NCBI GenBank assembly: GCA_963834635.1
Contig: CAWICI010000001.1
Coordinates: 12,485 to 76,484, forward strand
Source of the DNA: an uncultured Solirubrobacterales bacterium
Lineage (GTDB): Bacteria > Actinomycetota > Thermoleophilia > Solirubrobacterales > Solirubrobacteraceae
DNA length: 64,000 bases
Direction: 5' to 3'
Shown piece after piece: positions 1 to 10,157 of the stretch. A program made the position numbers and the translations under genes. The notes beneath the pieces were generated by a model. The model worked only from the letters and a program-made list of their open reading frames with translations. It did not search any database and was not told the DNA's origin. Position 1 is the first letter of the stretch, and every line of letters begins with the position of its first letter.

Positions 1-670
1 CGCACAGGCGGTGGCGGTAGTCGGACTTGCCGACGGTGATGTTGCTGGCCGAGAGGTTGGCCAGCACCGTGGCCCCGGCCATGGCGCCGTAGGTGCTGGG
101 AGGGATCGGCGCCCACAGGTCTTCGCAGATCTCCACGTGCAGGGTGAAGTCGTCGACGTCGCGACAGGCGAAGAGCAGGTTGGCTCCGCACGGGACGGTC
201 GAGCCGAGCAGACGCATCTCGCCCACGGCCATGTCGCGGGCGGCGCGGAACTGGCGCTTCTCGTAGTACTCGCGGTACTCGGGCAGGTAGCTCTTGGGAA
301 CCACCCCGAGGATCGCTCCCCGGTGAATGATCACGGCGGCGTTGAACAGGCCACCCTCGCTCTGAAGCGGACCGCCGACGACGATCACCGGGAGCAGCGA
401 AGCGCTGGCTTCAACGACCCGCGCCAGCGCGTCGCGCACGGAGGCGAGCAGAGCCTGCTGGTGGTGAAGATCCTCGATCGCGTAGCCGGAGAGGCCGAGC
501 TCCGGGAAGAGCGCCAGCCCGGCGCCCGCCTCCGAGGCCCGCTCGGCCAGGTCGATAGTCCGCTCGGCGTTGAACTCCGGCTCGGCGATCCGGACGTGCG
601 GAACCGCGGCGGCCACCCGGACGAAGCCGTGCCGATACAGCGAGCCGAAAGGGGTCGTGTCGGCGCTCAC
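1..670 (-). CDS. nadE: glutamine-dependent NAD+ synthetase, N-terminal nitrilase-like domain (runs off left edge)
   Basis: Own translation from GTG at 670: [15 protein letters not shown]...FPELGLSGY...[18 protein letters not shown]...VEICEDLW...NLSASN. Confidence 0.92.
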   Translation of the reverse strand, partial: MSADTTPFGSLYRHGFVRVAAAVPHVRIAEPEFNAERTIDLAERASEAGAGLALFPELGLSGYAIEDLHHQQALLASVRDALARVVEASASLLPVIVVGGPLQSEGGLFNAAVIIHRGAILGVVPKSYLPEYREYYEKRQFRAARDMAVGEMRLLGSTVPCGANLLFACRDVDDFTLHVEICEDLWAPIPPSTYGAMAGATVLANLSASNITVGKSDYRHRLC

Positions 671-761
671 CGGTCCAGTATCGCGGGCAAGGTGCGGGAA
701 AATGGCAGGCCAGCGTTCACGGAGGGCTAAAGGCATCGGGTCGCGGGGACGACACACCACC

Positions 762-1046
762 ATGACTTCCGAACGCGCCAGCGCCTACGGACGGGTGATG
801 GAGATGCTCGCGGACCTCGGGCCGGCCAAGCTGTTCGGCACCGAGCAGGCGCGGATCCGCGACGCCGCCGACACGCTGCTGTTCGCGATCGACATTCGCC
901 GCGACGATGCCGCGCGCGCCGCGCTGGGCGACGTCGAGGACCTGTGCCGGGCGCTCGTCGAGTCCGGACGCTGGGAGCAGGTGACGGCGCTGAGGCTCGC
1001 CGACGACCTCGCCGACTGCGGGCCAGCGCGCCTCGCGCTGGCCTAG
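762..1046 (+). CDS. small helical hypothetical protein
   Basis: [24 protein letters not shown]...; protein-like composition from the ATG at 762. Confidence 0.7.
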   Translation: MTSERASAYGRVMEMLADLGPAKLFGTEQARIRDAADTLLFAIDIRRDDAARAALGDVEDLCRALVESGRWEQVTALRLADDLADCGPARLALA

Positions 1047-1054
1047 AGGCCGTC

Positions 1055-1423
1055 TCAGTTCGCGCTGGGTCCCCGGGGGCGGAGCGCCTCTACCGCCTCC
1101 TCCACCGTCTCGACCGCCTCGAGGTGCGCCGCTACCCCGGCCAGCCGGAGGGCGTCCGTCACCGGGGAGGCCTGGGGGATGACCAGGCGCATCGACTGCC
1201 CGCGCGCCCGCAGGCTCTCTCGCAGCCGGTAGAGCAGATAGATCCCGGCGCTGTCGAGGTAGTCCACCTCGCTCAGGTCGACGGCCAGGCCGAAGGCCTC
1301 GTTGGGCATCGCGTCGGTGATGGCCGAGCGGATCGCTTCGGCGTTGGACATGTCGATCTCCCCCGTCACCCGCGCGGTGACGATCCCATCCTGGCTCGAC
1401 GTCCTCAGGTCGCCCAGGGTCAT
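1055..1423 (-). CDS. STAS anti-anti-sigma factor
   Basis: GEIDMSN, DLSEVDYLDSAGI; ATGA overlap with the upstream gene. Confidence 0.9.
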   Translation of the reverse strand: MTLGDLRTSSQDGIVTARVTGEIDMSNAEAIRSAITDAMPNEAFGLAVDLSEVDYLDSAGIYLLYRLRESLRARGQSMRLVIPQASPVTDALRLAGVAAHLEAVETVEEAVEALRPRGPSAN

Positions 1424-3090
1424 TTGGCCGCCCCCAGATCGCGACACATCACAACCTCGGTTCCGCGATCGGTCCGCCTGATCTCGACGTCGCTCATGGC
1501 GGCGGTCATGATCCCGAGCCCGCGGCCGCGGTTCTGGCCCCGCGAGTCACGCCAGCTGCCGGTGTCCCGGACGGTGATCGTGATCCGACGGTGCTCGTCG
1601 GCCTCCGCCTCGACCTCGAAGGCCTCGCGAGTCGGCGAGTAGGCATGTTCGATCGCGTTGGCGCAGGCCTCGCTGACCGCGATCGTCACCTCCGCCAGCT
1701 CCGCGGGAGTGGCTCCACGGTCGTTCAGCCACCGGCGTAGGACGTGGCGGATGTCGGCGAGGACGGACGGAACGGCGGGGAGACGTAGAGTGAGCTTTTC
1801 CGGGATGCCGATGTTCCGCATCGCGACGATCGCCACGTCATCGCGCGGGCCCGCGCTCGGGAGCAGCGCGTCGACGGCCCGCACGCACGCCTCCTCGACC
1901 GTCTCTGTGTGACGGATGACCTCGGCCAGACGGTCGATGCCCTCGTTGAGCGGCTCGCGCGGGCGCTCGACCAGCCCATCGGTGTAGAACACGATCATCT
2001 CGCCCTGCTCGAGCGTCAGCTCGTGCTCCGGCACCGTCCCATATGGAAAAACACCCAGCGGCGGGGCAGGCTCGGCCTCGGCTATCCGGGCCTGACCACC
2101 GCCGACGATGATCGGCGGCAGGTGACCCGCGCTGGCAAAGCGCAGCTTGCCGGATGCGGTGTCGAGCACGGCGTAGGCGGCGGTGGCCATCGGGTTCTCG
2201 CCGAGACCGCTGACGAAGCGGTCGACCGTCTCGAGCGTCTCCGCCGGCCCTTTCCCCTCGACGGCGTAGGCACGCAGCGCGGTACGGAGCTGGCCCATCA
2301 GCGCCGCCGCCCGGATGCCGTGACCAACCACATCGCCGATGGCGATGGCCAGCCGCCCCCGCGGAAGCTCGATCACGTCATACCAGTCGCCACCGACCTC
2401 GTCGCGGGCGGGGAGGTAGCGCGCCGCGACCGAGACGCCGACCATTTCCGGCATCCGTCTGGGGAGCAGGCTCCGCTGGAGCACGGTGGCCACCCGGTGC
2501 TCGCGCTCGAGCGCCGCGTACAGCTGCGCCCGCTCGATCGCCGGAGCGGCGCGCAGGGCCGCGGTCTGGAGGATCGCGACGTCCGTCTCCTGAAAGGTTC
2601 GGGGCGTGAGCGAGCCCACGTGAAGCACGCCGATCAGGTCGCCCTCGACGATCAGTGGTACGCCGAGCAGCGACTGGATGCCCTTCTCACGCAGGATCGG
2701 ATTGAGGATGTCGGCGTGGTCGACGTCGGCGATGAAGATCGGGACGCGCTCGGCGGCGATTCGGCCGGCGAACCCCTGCCCGACGGGCAGGCGCACCCCC
2801 TGCTCGACCTCCTCCTCGATTCCCCGGGCCGCCCGGGCGACCAGCTGGTTGGCCTCGCGGTCGAACAACAGGATCGCCACCGTGTCCACGCGCAGCGCCT
2901 CGCGAATCCGGTCGAGCAGCTGATCGAGGAGCGCCGGGAGGGGGAGCTCGGACAGGGCCGGATCGCTCAGCCGATAGAGGTCGCGGACCTGCTCCCGGGG
3001 CACGGTCAGGCTCGAACCCGGGCGCAGCATGACCTGGCCAAGTCCGAGCTGCGGGGCGACTTCCGCCTCGTGTTGCACTTCGCCGGCCAT
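1420..3090 (-). CDS. GAF + SpoIIE/PP2C phosphatase + HATPase (anti-sigma kinase-like) protein
   Basis: GAF domain; LQRSLLP, VGGDWYD, GDVVGHG, YTDGLVE, DD; C-terminal SEACANAIEHAY...GRGLGIM. Confidence 0.92.
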   Translation of the reverse strand: MAGEVQHEAEVAPQLGLGQVMLRPGSSLTVPREQVRDLYRLSDPALSELPLPALLDQLLDRIREALRVDTVAILLFDREANQLVARAARGIEEEVEQGVRLPVGQGFAGRIAAERVPIFIADVDHADILNPILREKGIQSLLGVPLIVEGDLIGVLHVGSLTPRTFQETDVAILQTAALRAAPAIERAQLYAALEREHRVATVLQRSLLPRRMPEMVGVSVAARYLPARDEVGGDWYDVIELPRGRLAIAIGDVVGHGIRAAALMGQLRTALRAYAVEGKGPAETLETVDRFVSGLGENPMATAAYAVLDTASGKLRFASAGHLPPIIVGGGQARIAEAEPAPPLGVFPYGTVPEHELTLEQGEMIVFYTDGLVERPREPLNEGIDRLAEVIRHTETVEEACVRAVDALLPSAGPRDDVAIVAMRNIGIPEKLTLRLPAVPSVLADIRHVLRRWLNDRGATPAELAEVTIAVSEACANAIEHAYSPTREAFEVEAEADEHRRITITVRDTGSWRDSRGQNRGRGLGIMTAAMSDVEIRRTDRGTEVVMCRDLGAAK

Positions 3091-3144
3091 CAGCAGTCTC
3101 CCTGGATGTGAGCAAGCTTAAGCAAAAGCGGGTAGTGCTGAGCC

Positions 3145-4056
3145 ATGGCCGACACGGTGGGAGAAGTGCTCCGCGATCCAGGTGCCCCGATCAAGGCGTA
3201 TCTGCGCATGCTCGCGGCGATCGGCGAGGACGTGGCCGGCGCGGCGACGGGCTCGACACCACGCGATCCTTTCGACGCCGTAGACCCGGCCTACATCGAG
3301 CAGACGCTGCCGGCTCTTCGCCTGATGTCGGCGCTCTACTTCCGCGCCTCGGTCACCGGGCTCGAGAACATCCCCCGCGAGGGGCCGGTGCTCCTGGTCG
3401 GCAACCACTCGGGCGGTACCTGGATCGCCGACACGTTCGTCTTCGCCCAGTCGTTCTATGACCACTTCGGGCCGCACCGCCGCTTTCACCAGCTCGCGCA
3501 CGACCTGGTGTTCAAGATGGTCGGGCTGCGCACGCTGGCCCGGCGCTACGGCACCGTCCCGGCCTCGCCGGAGAACATGGAGACCGCGCTCGACCGGGGC
3601 GCGGCACTGCTCGTGTACCCCGGCGGCGACCACGAGACCTACCGGCCGAGCTGGGAGTCGGATGAGATCGACTTCGCCCAGCGCACCGGCTTCGTCAAGC
3701 TGGCGCTCGAGCACAAGGTGCCGATCGTGCCCGTGGTGTCGATCGGCGGCCAGGAGACGGCGCTGTTCCTGGGGCAGGGCGGGCGGCTGGCACGACTGCT
3801 GCGACTCGACCAGGCCTTCCGCCTGAAGGTCGTGCCACCGGTGCTCGGCCCGCCACTCGGGCTGACGATCATGGACCTGCCGATCCGGTTCCCGCTACCG
3901 GCCAAGATTTCGATCGAGGTGCTCGAGCCGATCGACCTGACTGAGCAGCTAGGGTCGAGCAAGGATGTCGACGACGGCTACGAGCTGATCACCTCGACCA
4001 TGCAGGACACGCTGACCAAGCTCGCCGACGACCGGACGCTGCCGGTCATCGGGTAG
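3145..4056 (+). CDS. lysophospholipid/glycerol acyltransferase family protein
   Basis: NHSGG...D motif, YPGG, RTGFVKLAL, PIVPV. Confidence 0.88.
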   Translation: MADTVGEVLRDPGAPIKAYLRMLAAIGEDVAGAATGSTPRDPFDAVDPAYIEQTLPALRLMSALYFRASVTGLENIPREGPVLLVGNHSGGTWIADTFVFAQSFYDHFGPHRRFHQLAHDLVFKMVGLRTLARRYGTVPASPENMETALDRGAALLVYPGGDHETYRPSWESDEIDFAQRTGFVKLALEHKVPIVPVVSIGGQETALFLGQGGRLARLLRLDQAFRLKVVPPVLGPPLGLTIMDLPIRFPLPAKISIEVLEPIDLTEQLGSSKDVDDGYELITSTMQDTLTKLADDRTLPVIG

Positions 4057-4214
4057 CGGGCGCAGCGCGTCGATTTCACACCCGTTGGTCGGGTGGCTGA
4101 GGGACTCATCCTCTTGGCCTGCGCTGCCGATGAATAGCCCATGTTTGGCTCGGCAAATTCCTTGGCGGCGGGAATTACCACCTGTCCGCTCGACGCGACG
4201 GGAGGCAGTTTCTG

Positions 4215-5234
4215 ATGTCTTTGCTTTCGACTCGGGCGCATGGCGTCCTCGACTATGCCCGCGGAGTTGGCTCCCTGGGTGGGACGTTGCTCGTCCGCGA
4301 CCGTCGCGCCGCCCGCATGCTCGGTACGGCGGGCGCCGGAACGCTGGTCGCCAGTGCCCTGACCGACTACGAGGCCGGCGTCGTCCGCGCCGTCCCCACG
4401 CGTGTCCATCTGCTGGCCGAGGCGGCCTCCGGCGCTCTGCTGGTGGCCGGCGCGCTCAGCCTGCGTCGCAAGGGCGCTCGCTTCTCCGACTGGGCGCCGC
4501 TGGCGCTCACCGGGCTGGCCCAGATTGCGGGCGCGGCGCTGACCAAGCGCCAGCCGGGCGATCGTCGAGTCAAGCAGTCCGCGCCGGCGTGGACGCCCCC
4601 GGCGCCGAAGGTGGCGGAGCCCGTGGTCGAGGTTGCCGAGCCGGAGGTTGCTGCGGTTGAGGTTGAGCCGGTCGAGGTTGAGCCGGAGCCGGTGGCCGTC
4701 GAGCCCGAGCCGTTCGTGCCGGAGCCGGTGGCCTTCGTGCCCGAGCCGGTGGCCTCGTGCCCGAGCCCGAGCCGGTGGCCTTCGTGCCCGAGCCCGAGCC
4801 GGTGGCGCCCGCGCCCGAGCCCGAGCCGGTGGCCTTCACGCCCGAGCCCGACCCGGTCGCACCCGCGCCCGCCCGCGCCCGAGCCCGAGCGCTGGCCCCC
4901 CGCCCGCGTGGTGGTGCCCGAGCCGGTCGTCCAAGAGCCCGTCGTGCACGAGCCGGTCGCGCCGCAGCCCGTCGCGCCCGAGCCCGTCGCGCCGGAGCCT
5001 GTCGTTCATCTCGCACCCCCCGCGCCCGAGCCGGTCGCGGCGACGCCTCCGGCGGAGCCGTTCATCCAGCCGGCGCCCCACACGTTCGCTGCGCAGCAGG
5101 AGAGCACGGCAGCGTCCGGACACGCCCCGATCGGCGAAGCTGCCCCTTCCGTCGATCAGCCGGCGGTCCATGAGGATCCCGCTCGGCGGCTCATCGTTGA
5201 GCGCGGTCCTCACGTCTGGCCGCGCCCCTACTGA
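4215..5234 (+). CDS. membrane protein with hydrophobic N-terminal domain (STRAHGVLDY) and Pro/Glu/Val-rich repeat tail; two compensating indels in the repeats
   Basis: ORF track; EPEPVAF repeats continue in the alternative frame 4757-4880. Confidence 0.65.
   Translation: MSLLSTRAHGVLDYARGVGSLGGTLLVRDRRAARMLGTAGAGTLVASALTDYEAGVVRAVPTRVHLLAEAASGALLVAGALSLRRKGARFSDWAPLALTGLAQIAGAALTKRQPGDRRVKQSAPAWTPPAPKVAEPVVEVAEPEVAAVEVEPVEVEPEPVAVEPEPFVPEPVAFVPEPVASCPSPSRWPSCPSPSRWRPRPSPSRWPSRPSPTRSHPRPPAPEPERWPPARVVVPEPVVQEPVVHEPVAPQPVAPEPVAPEPVVHLAPPAPEPVAATPPAEPFIQPAPHTFAAQQESTAASGHAPIGEAAPSVDQPAVHEDPARRLIVERGPHVWPRPY
4665..4930 (+). repeat. imperfect coding tandem repeat, about 21-27 bp (gagcccgagccggtggcc...)
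   Basis: Multiple copies of ccgagccggtgg visible. Confidence 0.8.
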
Positions 5235-5373
5235 GCATCACGGCGGAAAAGCCGATCGCGCCTTCCCCCGGGCGCGATCGGCCGCCGCCTGACGGGGTAG
5301 CTGGGTCCCCGACATCCCGCTCGCCGTGGTGATCGTGGCCTCCTGGCGGATCCGAGACCGTTAGCTTTAGGGC

Positions 5374-5853
5374 ATGGCTGATACTCGACCAACCGAAGCG
5401 CCGGGTCGCTTCGTCACCGACATGCAGGGGCTGCTCGGACACGCCGGAACCCATGTCGGCTACACGGAGTGGGCCGTGATGACCCAGGAGCGGGTCAACG
5501 AATTTGCCGATCTGACCGGCGATCACAATTTCATCCACGTCGATCCCGAGCGCGCCAAGCAGACGCCGTTCGGCGGGACGGTCGCGCACGGGCTCTTTAC
5601 GCTCTCGCTGCTGGCACCGGCAGCGCAGCTGGTGCAGGTGAGCGACGCCGCGGCGACGATCAACTACGGCCTGAACAAGGTGAGATTTCCCGCACCGGTA
5701 CGGGTCGGCGCCGAGTGGCGCGGTGGGACCGAGATCGTCGAGGTTTCCGAGGCCCGCGACGGCGTGCAGGCGCTGCTCCGAACCACGCTCGAAATCAAGG
5801 GGTCCGAGCGGCCCGGCGTGGTGGCGGAGTTCCTCATCCGCTACCAACGGTGA
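5374..5853 (+). CDS. MaoC-family dehydratase
   Basis: FADLTGDHNFIHVD, FGGTVAHG, NYGLNKVRFPAPV. Confidence 0.92.
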   Translation: MADTRPTEAPGRFVTDMQGLLGHAGTHVGYTEWAVMTQERVNEFADLTGDHNFIHVDPERAKQTPFGGTVAHGLFTLSLLAPAAQLVQVSDAAATINYGLNKVRFPAPVRVGAEWRGGTEIVEVSEARDGVQALLRTTLEIKGSERPGVVAEFLIRYQR

Positions 5854-5928
5854 ACCGACGAGATCACGCCTCCGTCCGCTGCTCGGTAGGAACATCGTCC
5901 AAATTTCGGCTGACAGCGCCCAGCAGAA

Positions 5929-7596
5929 ATGCTCGGCGCTCATTTGCGCGATGATCTCGCCGTGGGCAGCGATCGCAGTGAGGCGGTTACGGGGGAAGAC
6001 CCCGGCTCTTCGGCTGGCCTTCTTACCTCGGGGCAGGCATACCGGTCGCCGTTGATCGTGGCGCTGGTCGGGATTCTGGTCACGATCGCCCTCACCTGGA
6101 CCGCGGCGGCGCTGAACTCCTCCAACGAGCGGAAGCTGTTGAAACTGAGGGCCAAGGAGGTGGCCGCCGCCCTGACGGGCGTCCTGCCCGAAATCCAGAC
6201 GCCGCTCGGATCCGCGGCAGCGCTCGCCGACGCCACGGGCGGGAATCGCGCTCGTTTCACCCAGCTCATCTCGCCGTACGTCGGGTTGGGCGGAGCGCAC
6301 CCGTTTGTTTCCTTCTCGCTTTGGCGGACGGCGGATCCCGGACGTGGCCCGGTCGCCGTCGCGGGCTCAACTCCTGTCCTGCTGGCGTCGCCGGCCACCG
6401 CCGCGGCCTTCCTCAGAGCGGCTGCCGCCAGGCCCGGCCTGAGCGTGGTCGGCTTGCTGAGCGGTCCGAGCCTCCGTCTCGGCTACGCCTACAGCGGAGG
6501 CGGCCGAGGCCAGTACGTGGCTTATGGGGAGAGCGCATTGCCACGGTCCCGGCTGTCGCCGGTTCCGTCCGGCTCGGCCTACTCGGATCTAGATTTCGCG
6601 CTCTATCTGGGCCGGACGGCCGTGCCTTCCAAGCTGCTGCTCGCCACCGTGCGCCACGTGCCGTTGTCAGGGTCGGTGGCGAGGGTGTCGGTGCCGTTCG
6701 GCAACCAGTACGTCACCGTCGGCGTGGCCGCACGAAGCGACCTCGGCGGCTCGCTCCCAGGAGTCCTTCCGTGGGCGATCGCGATCGTCGGGTTGCTGCT
6801 GACGCTCGGCGCCGCTCTGCTCACCACGCGGCTGGTCCGCGACCGCCGACGCGCGGTCGAGCTGGCGGTAGAGAACCAGCGACTGTACGGCGAGCAGCGC
6901 GGCATCGCGCAGACGCTTCAGCATGCGCTGTTGCCGGAAGCGCTTCCCGCGCTCGAGGGAGTGGAGATTGCGGCGAGCTACGAGGCGGGCGTCGAGGGGA
7001 TCGAGATCGGCGGTGACTGGTATGACCTGATCGCCGTCGATGACAGTCACCTTTTGCTGATCGTCGGCGACGTCTCGGGCCGAGGACTGCGGGCCGCCAC
7101 CGCGATGGCCGCCTTGCGCTTCGCGATCCACTACGCCGCGCGCGAGGAGCCACCGGAGGTGTTCCTGCCGAAGCTCTCGACCGTGCGCGAGCTCCGCGAG
7201 GGGAAACAGCTGGCGACGATTCTGTGTGCGCTCATCGACCTGCGCAACCGAGAGATCCAGCTGACCAACGCTGGGCACCTTCCGCCGGTGATGATCTCCA
7301 ACGGGAGGGTGGAACTGTTGGAGGCCGAGGTAGGGTTGCCGATCGGAGTGAATGGCCAGGCCCGCTATGCCTCAACGTCGTTCCTCGCTCCGGAGGGAGC
7401 CACCTTGCTTGGGTTCACCGATGGGCTGGTGGAGCGACGGGGTGAGGTGATCGATGAGGGCTTGGACCGTCTGCGGCGCCTGGCCGGCGAGGGCGGCGGG
7501 ACGCTAGATGAGTTGATAAGCCGACTGCTCGTGGAGATGCAGGTCCAGGAGTCAGGCGACGACGCTGTGATTGCCGGTGTGCGATGGCTGAGCTAG
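5929..7596 (+). CDS. membrane sensor with extracellular domain and SpoIIE/PP2C phosphatase
   Basis: Two TM helices; LQHALLP, IGGDWYD, GDVSGRG, FTDGLVE; start uncertain. Confidence 0.87.
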   Translation: MLGAHLRDDLAVGSDRSEAVTGEDPGSSAGLLTSGQAYRSPLIVALVGILVTIALTWTAAALNSSNERKLLKLRAKEVAAALTGVLPEIQTPLGSAAALADATGGNRARFTQLISPYVGLGGAHPFVSFSLWRTADPGRGPVAVAGSTPVLLASPATAAAFLRAAAARPGLSVVGLLSGPSLRLGYAYSGGGRGQYVAYGESALPRSRLSPVPSGSAYSDLDFALYLGRTAVPSKLLLATVRHVPLSGSVARVSVPFGNQYVTVGVAARSDLGGSLPGVLPWAIAIVGLLLTLGAALLTTRLVRDRRRAVELAVENQRLYGEQRGIAQTLQHALLPEALPALEGVEIAASYEAGVEGIEIGGDWYDLIAVDDSHLLLIVGDVSGRGLRAATAMAALRFAIHYAAREEPPEVFLPKLSTVRELREGKQLATILCALIDLRNREIQLTNAGHLPPVMISNGRVELLEAEVGLPIGVNGQARYASTSFLAPEGATLLGFTDGLVERRGEVIDEGLDRLRRLAGEGGGTLDELISRLLVEMQVQESGDDAVIAGVRWLS

Positions 7597-7907
7597 ATAA
7601 CGACAGGGGCGCGGAGGTCAACTTCGAGGTGTCCGAGCGGCCGGACGCCACCGTCGTCAAGCTCGCCGGCGAGCTGGATCTCAGCAGCTGCGACAAGCTC
7701 GAGCCGGCGATGCAAGACGTCGTCGCGCGAGTCAAGGAACGCCTGATCATCGATGCCACAGATCTGCGCTTCGCCGACAGCTCGGCGATCGCCATGTGGG
7801 TCAGGTGGCGGGACGCTGTGCCTGCCATGGAAATCCACAACCCACCGACGATCGTGCGACGGGTTATCCAGACGATGGGGCTTGGGGAGGTGCTGGGTCT
7901 ATCGTGA
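7584..7907 (+). CDS. STAS anti-anti-sigma factor
   Basis: GELDLSS, DATDLRFADSS. Confidence 0.85.
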   Translation: MAELDNDRGAEVNFEVSERPDATVVKLAGELDLSSCDKLEPAMQDVVARVKERLIIDATDLRFADSSAIAMWVRWRDAVPAMEIHNPPTIVRRVIQTMGLGEVLGLS

Positions 7908-8305
7908 TCCAGGTGCACCGCTTCAAGAACGAGCGGAGTGCGGTGACCGCCGCCCGTCGCTTCGCCCTCGAATCGCTCGCCGGCCAGCAGCAGTCGGCGG
8001 AGACGATTGAGACGGTCGAGCTGATGGTTTCGGAGCTTGCCTCCAACTGCGTTCGCCATACCGACAGCGATTTCGACATCGCGATCGAGGTGGTGCCCGG
8101 CGCGATCAGGGTGGCGGCGAGCGACAGCGGGTCGGGCGAGCCGGTGATGCGCCGGGCCAGTCCAGCCGACATCTCGGGGCGCGGCCTCGCGATCGTCGAC
8201 ATGCTCGCCAGCTCGTGGGGAGTCGAGGCTTCCGCGTCGGGTCCCGGGAAGAGGGTCTGGTTCAAGCTGGCGGCAGACGCCCCGCCCGTTTCGGTCGGAG
8301 GCTGA
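7904..8305 (+). CDS. RsbW-like anti-sigma kinase (HATPase_c_2)
   Basis: LMVSELASNCVRH, SGRGLAIV, WG...GKRVWF; GTGA overlap. Confidence 0.88.
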   Translation: MIQVHRFKNERSAVTAARRFALESLAGQQQSAETIETVELMVSELASNCVRHTDSDFDIAIEVVPGAIRVAASDSGSGEPVMRRASPADISGRGLAIVDMLASSWGVEASASGPGKRVWFKLAADAPPVSVGG

Positions 8306-8333
8306 ACCCCGTCCTCATACCGCCTGGGGATGT

Positions 8334-9086
8334 ATGTACAAGCTCTACGTCATCCCCGGATCGCACGCATGTCGTTCCGCCATGCTGATGCTCGAGCACA
8401 AGCGAGTGCCCTACAAGCGGGACGACATCGTGACCTTGCTGCACCCGCTCGTGGTGAGGCTGCACGGGTTTGACGCCGGCGGCGAGACGCGCTCTATGGG
8501 CGGGCGAAGAACGATGGGTCTGCGCCTCGGCGATCGCCTCGGGACCGTTCCAGCCCTCGCGGCCGACGGCAGCCGGATCTCGACTAACCGCCGGATCGCC
8601 CGCTTCTTGGACGAGCGACACCCCGACCCACCGCTCTTCCCGCCCGATCCTCGGCAACGCGCGGCGGTGGAAGGGGCGGAGCGCTGGGCCAACGAGACCC
8701 TTCAGGTGCTCGCCCGGCAGATCCCCGGGGTTGCGGTGGCACGCGACCCGGCGGGCTTCAGCCGCGCCTCGGGAGACGGTCGGCTGGGGTACCTGCTCTA
8801 TAGGCACGAGCTTGCGCGGCGCCTGATCGTCCCCCGGATCCTCCGCGGCGTGTTTCTCTCCAACCCGCGCCGCGACGGCGAACTGCTGACCGAGCTTGCC
8901 GCCACCCTCGACCGGATCGACGCCTGGATCGCGGACGGCGTCCTGGGCGGCCCGCAGCTCAACGCCGCCGATTTCATGGTCGCTCCCAGCCTGGCCTTGA
9001 TCCTCTACCGGTCCGACGTGCGACCCATGTTCCAAGGGCGACCCGCGCTTGACCTGGTTGACAGGCTCCTGCCCGAGCCCGGGTAG
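8334..9086 (+). CDS. glutathione S-transferase-like protein
   Basis: KLYVIPGSHAC, TVPAL, IARFLD, LNAADF. Confidence 0.8.
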   Translation: MYKLYVIPGSHACRSAMLMLEHKRVPYKRDDIVTLLHPLVVRLHGFDAGGETRSMGGRRTMGLRLGDRLGTVPALAADGSRISTNRRIARFLDERHPDPPLFPPDPRQRAAVEGAERWANETLQVLARQIPGVAVARDPAGFSRASGDGRLGYLLYRHELARRLIVPRILRGVFLSNPRRDGELLTELAATLDRIDAWIADGVLGGPQLNAADFMVAPSLALILYRSDVRPMFQGRPALDLVDRLLPEPG

Positions 9087-9162
9087 GGCGGATCGGCTGT
9101 CACATCGCTGCGCGCCCACGTGTCCTAGTGGCATGACCCTACGCACGGGAGGGATGTGACAA

Positions 9163-10038
9163 ATGGATGAGCGGGAGTGGCTGGCGGAGCGCTTCGAGGA
9201 GCACCGAAAGCATCTGCGCGCGGTGGCCTACCGGATGCTGGGCTCGCTGAGCGAGGCGGACGACGCGGTTCAGGAATCGTGGCTCAGGTTGAACCGCTCC
9301 GACGCCGAGCAGATCGAAAACCTCGGCGGTTGGCTGACCACGGTCGTGGCGCGCGTATCGCTGAACATGCTCCGCTCGCGCGCCACCCGCCGCGAAGAGC
9401 CGCTCGGCGTGCACCTCCCCGATCCGATCGTTGACCCGGCCGACGGAACTGATCCCGAGCACGAGGCGCTGGTGGCGGACTCGGTCGGGCTGGCGCTGCT
9501 CATCGTGCTCGAGACGCTGTCCCCGGCCGAGCGGCTCGCCTTCGTCCTGCACGACATGTTCGGCGTCCCGTTCGACGAGATTGCCTCGATCGTCGAGCGC
9601 TCGCCTGAGGCCACTCGCCAGCTCGCAAGCCGCGCCCGGAGGCGGGTCCAGGGCCAGCGGACGGTGCCCGATCCCGACCTCGGCCGCCAGCGAGAGGTCG
9701 TCAACGCCTTTCTCGCGGCTGCCCGCGAGGGCGACTTCGACGGGTTGGTCGCCGTGCTTGATCCGGACGTGATCCTGCGCGCCGACTTCGGTGGCGGCAT
9801 GACGCGGGAAGTGCGCGGCGCCGCGGCCGTCGCGGGCCAGGCCCAGGTGTACTCGCGACTTGGCCTGGTCATCCATCCGGCGCTGATCAACGGCGCCGTG
9901 GGCGCAGTCACGACCCGCGACGGGGAGCCTTTCTCGGTCGGGGCTGTGACCGTTCGTGACGGCAAGATCGTCGAGTTGGACTTCCTCTCCGACCCGATGC
10001 GTCTCGCCCAGCTCGACCTGACCGTACTGGACCGCTGA
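9163..10038 (+). CDS. ECF41/SigJ-type sigma factor with SnoaL-like C-terminal extension
   Basis: AYRMLGS..EADDAVQE, ERLAFVLHDMF, RQLASRARR, LDPDV..ADFG. Confidence 0.92.
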   Translation: MDEREWLAERFEEHRKHLRAVAYRMLGSLSEADDAVQESWLRLNRSDAEQIENLGGWLTTVVARVSLNMLRSRATRREEPLGVHLPDPIVDPADGTDPEHEALVADSVGLALLIVLETLSPAERLAFVLHDMFGVPFDEIASIVERSPEATRQLASRARRRVQGQRTVPDPDLGRQREVVNAFLAAAREGDFDGLVAVLDPDVILRADFGGGMTREVRGAAAVAGQAQVYSRLGLVIHPALINGAVGAVTTRDGEPFSVGAVTVRDGKIVELDFLSDPMRLAQLDLTVLDR

Positions 10039-10157
10039 GCGGTCGGGGTCCAGGGCCGCGATGCGCAGTCCGGGTTCTGCGCCGCGATGCGCGGTCACAT
10101 TCTCGTCTCCCCGCGTGTCAGCGAAGTAGACGACACCAACGCAGAAGGGACGACGAC

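Noticed and set aside
11-730. Long antisense or shadow ORFs (e.g. 11-730, 1909-3111, 50877-52493, 54290-55855)
   Set aside because: They lie opposite well-supported genes and are expected from the scarcity of stop codons at high GC.
4665-4930. Possible CRISPR array
   Set aside because: The repeats are coding and adjacent, with no unique spacers and no cas genes in the window.
1055-8305. Multiple partner-switching modules as a novel system
   Set aside because: STAS/PP2C/anti-sigma expansions are ordinary in soil actinobacteria.
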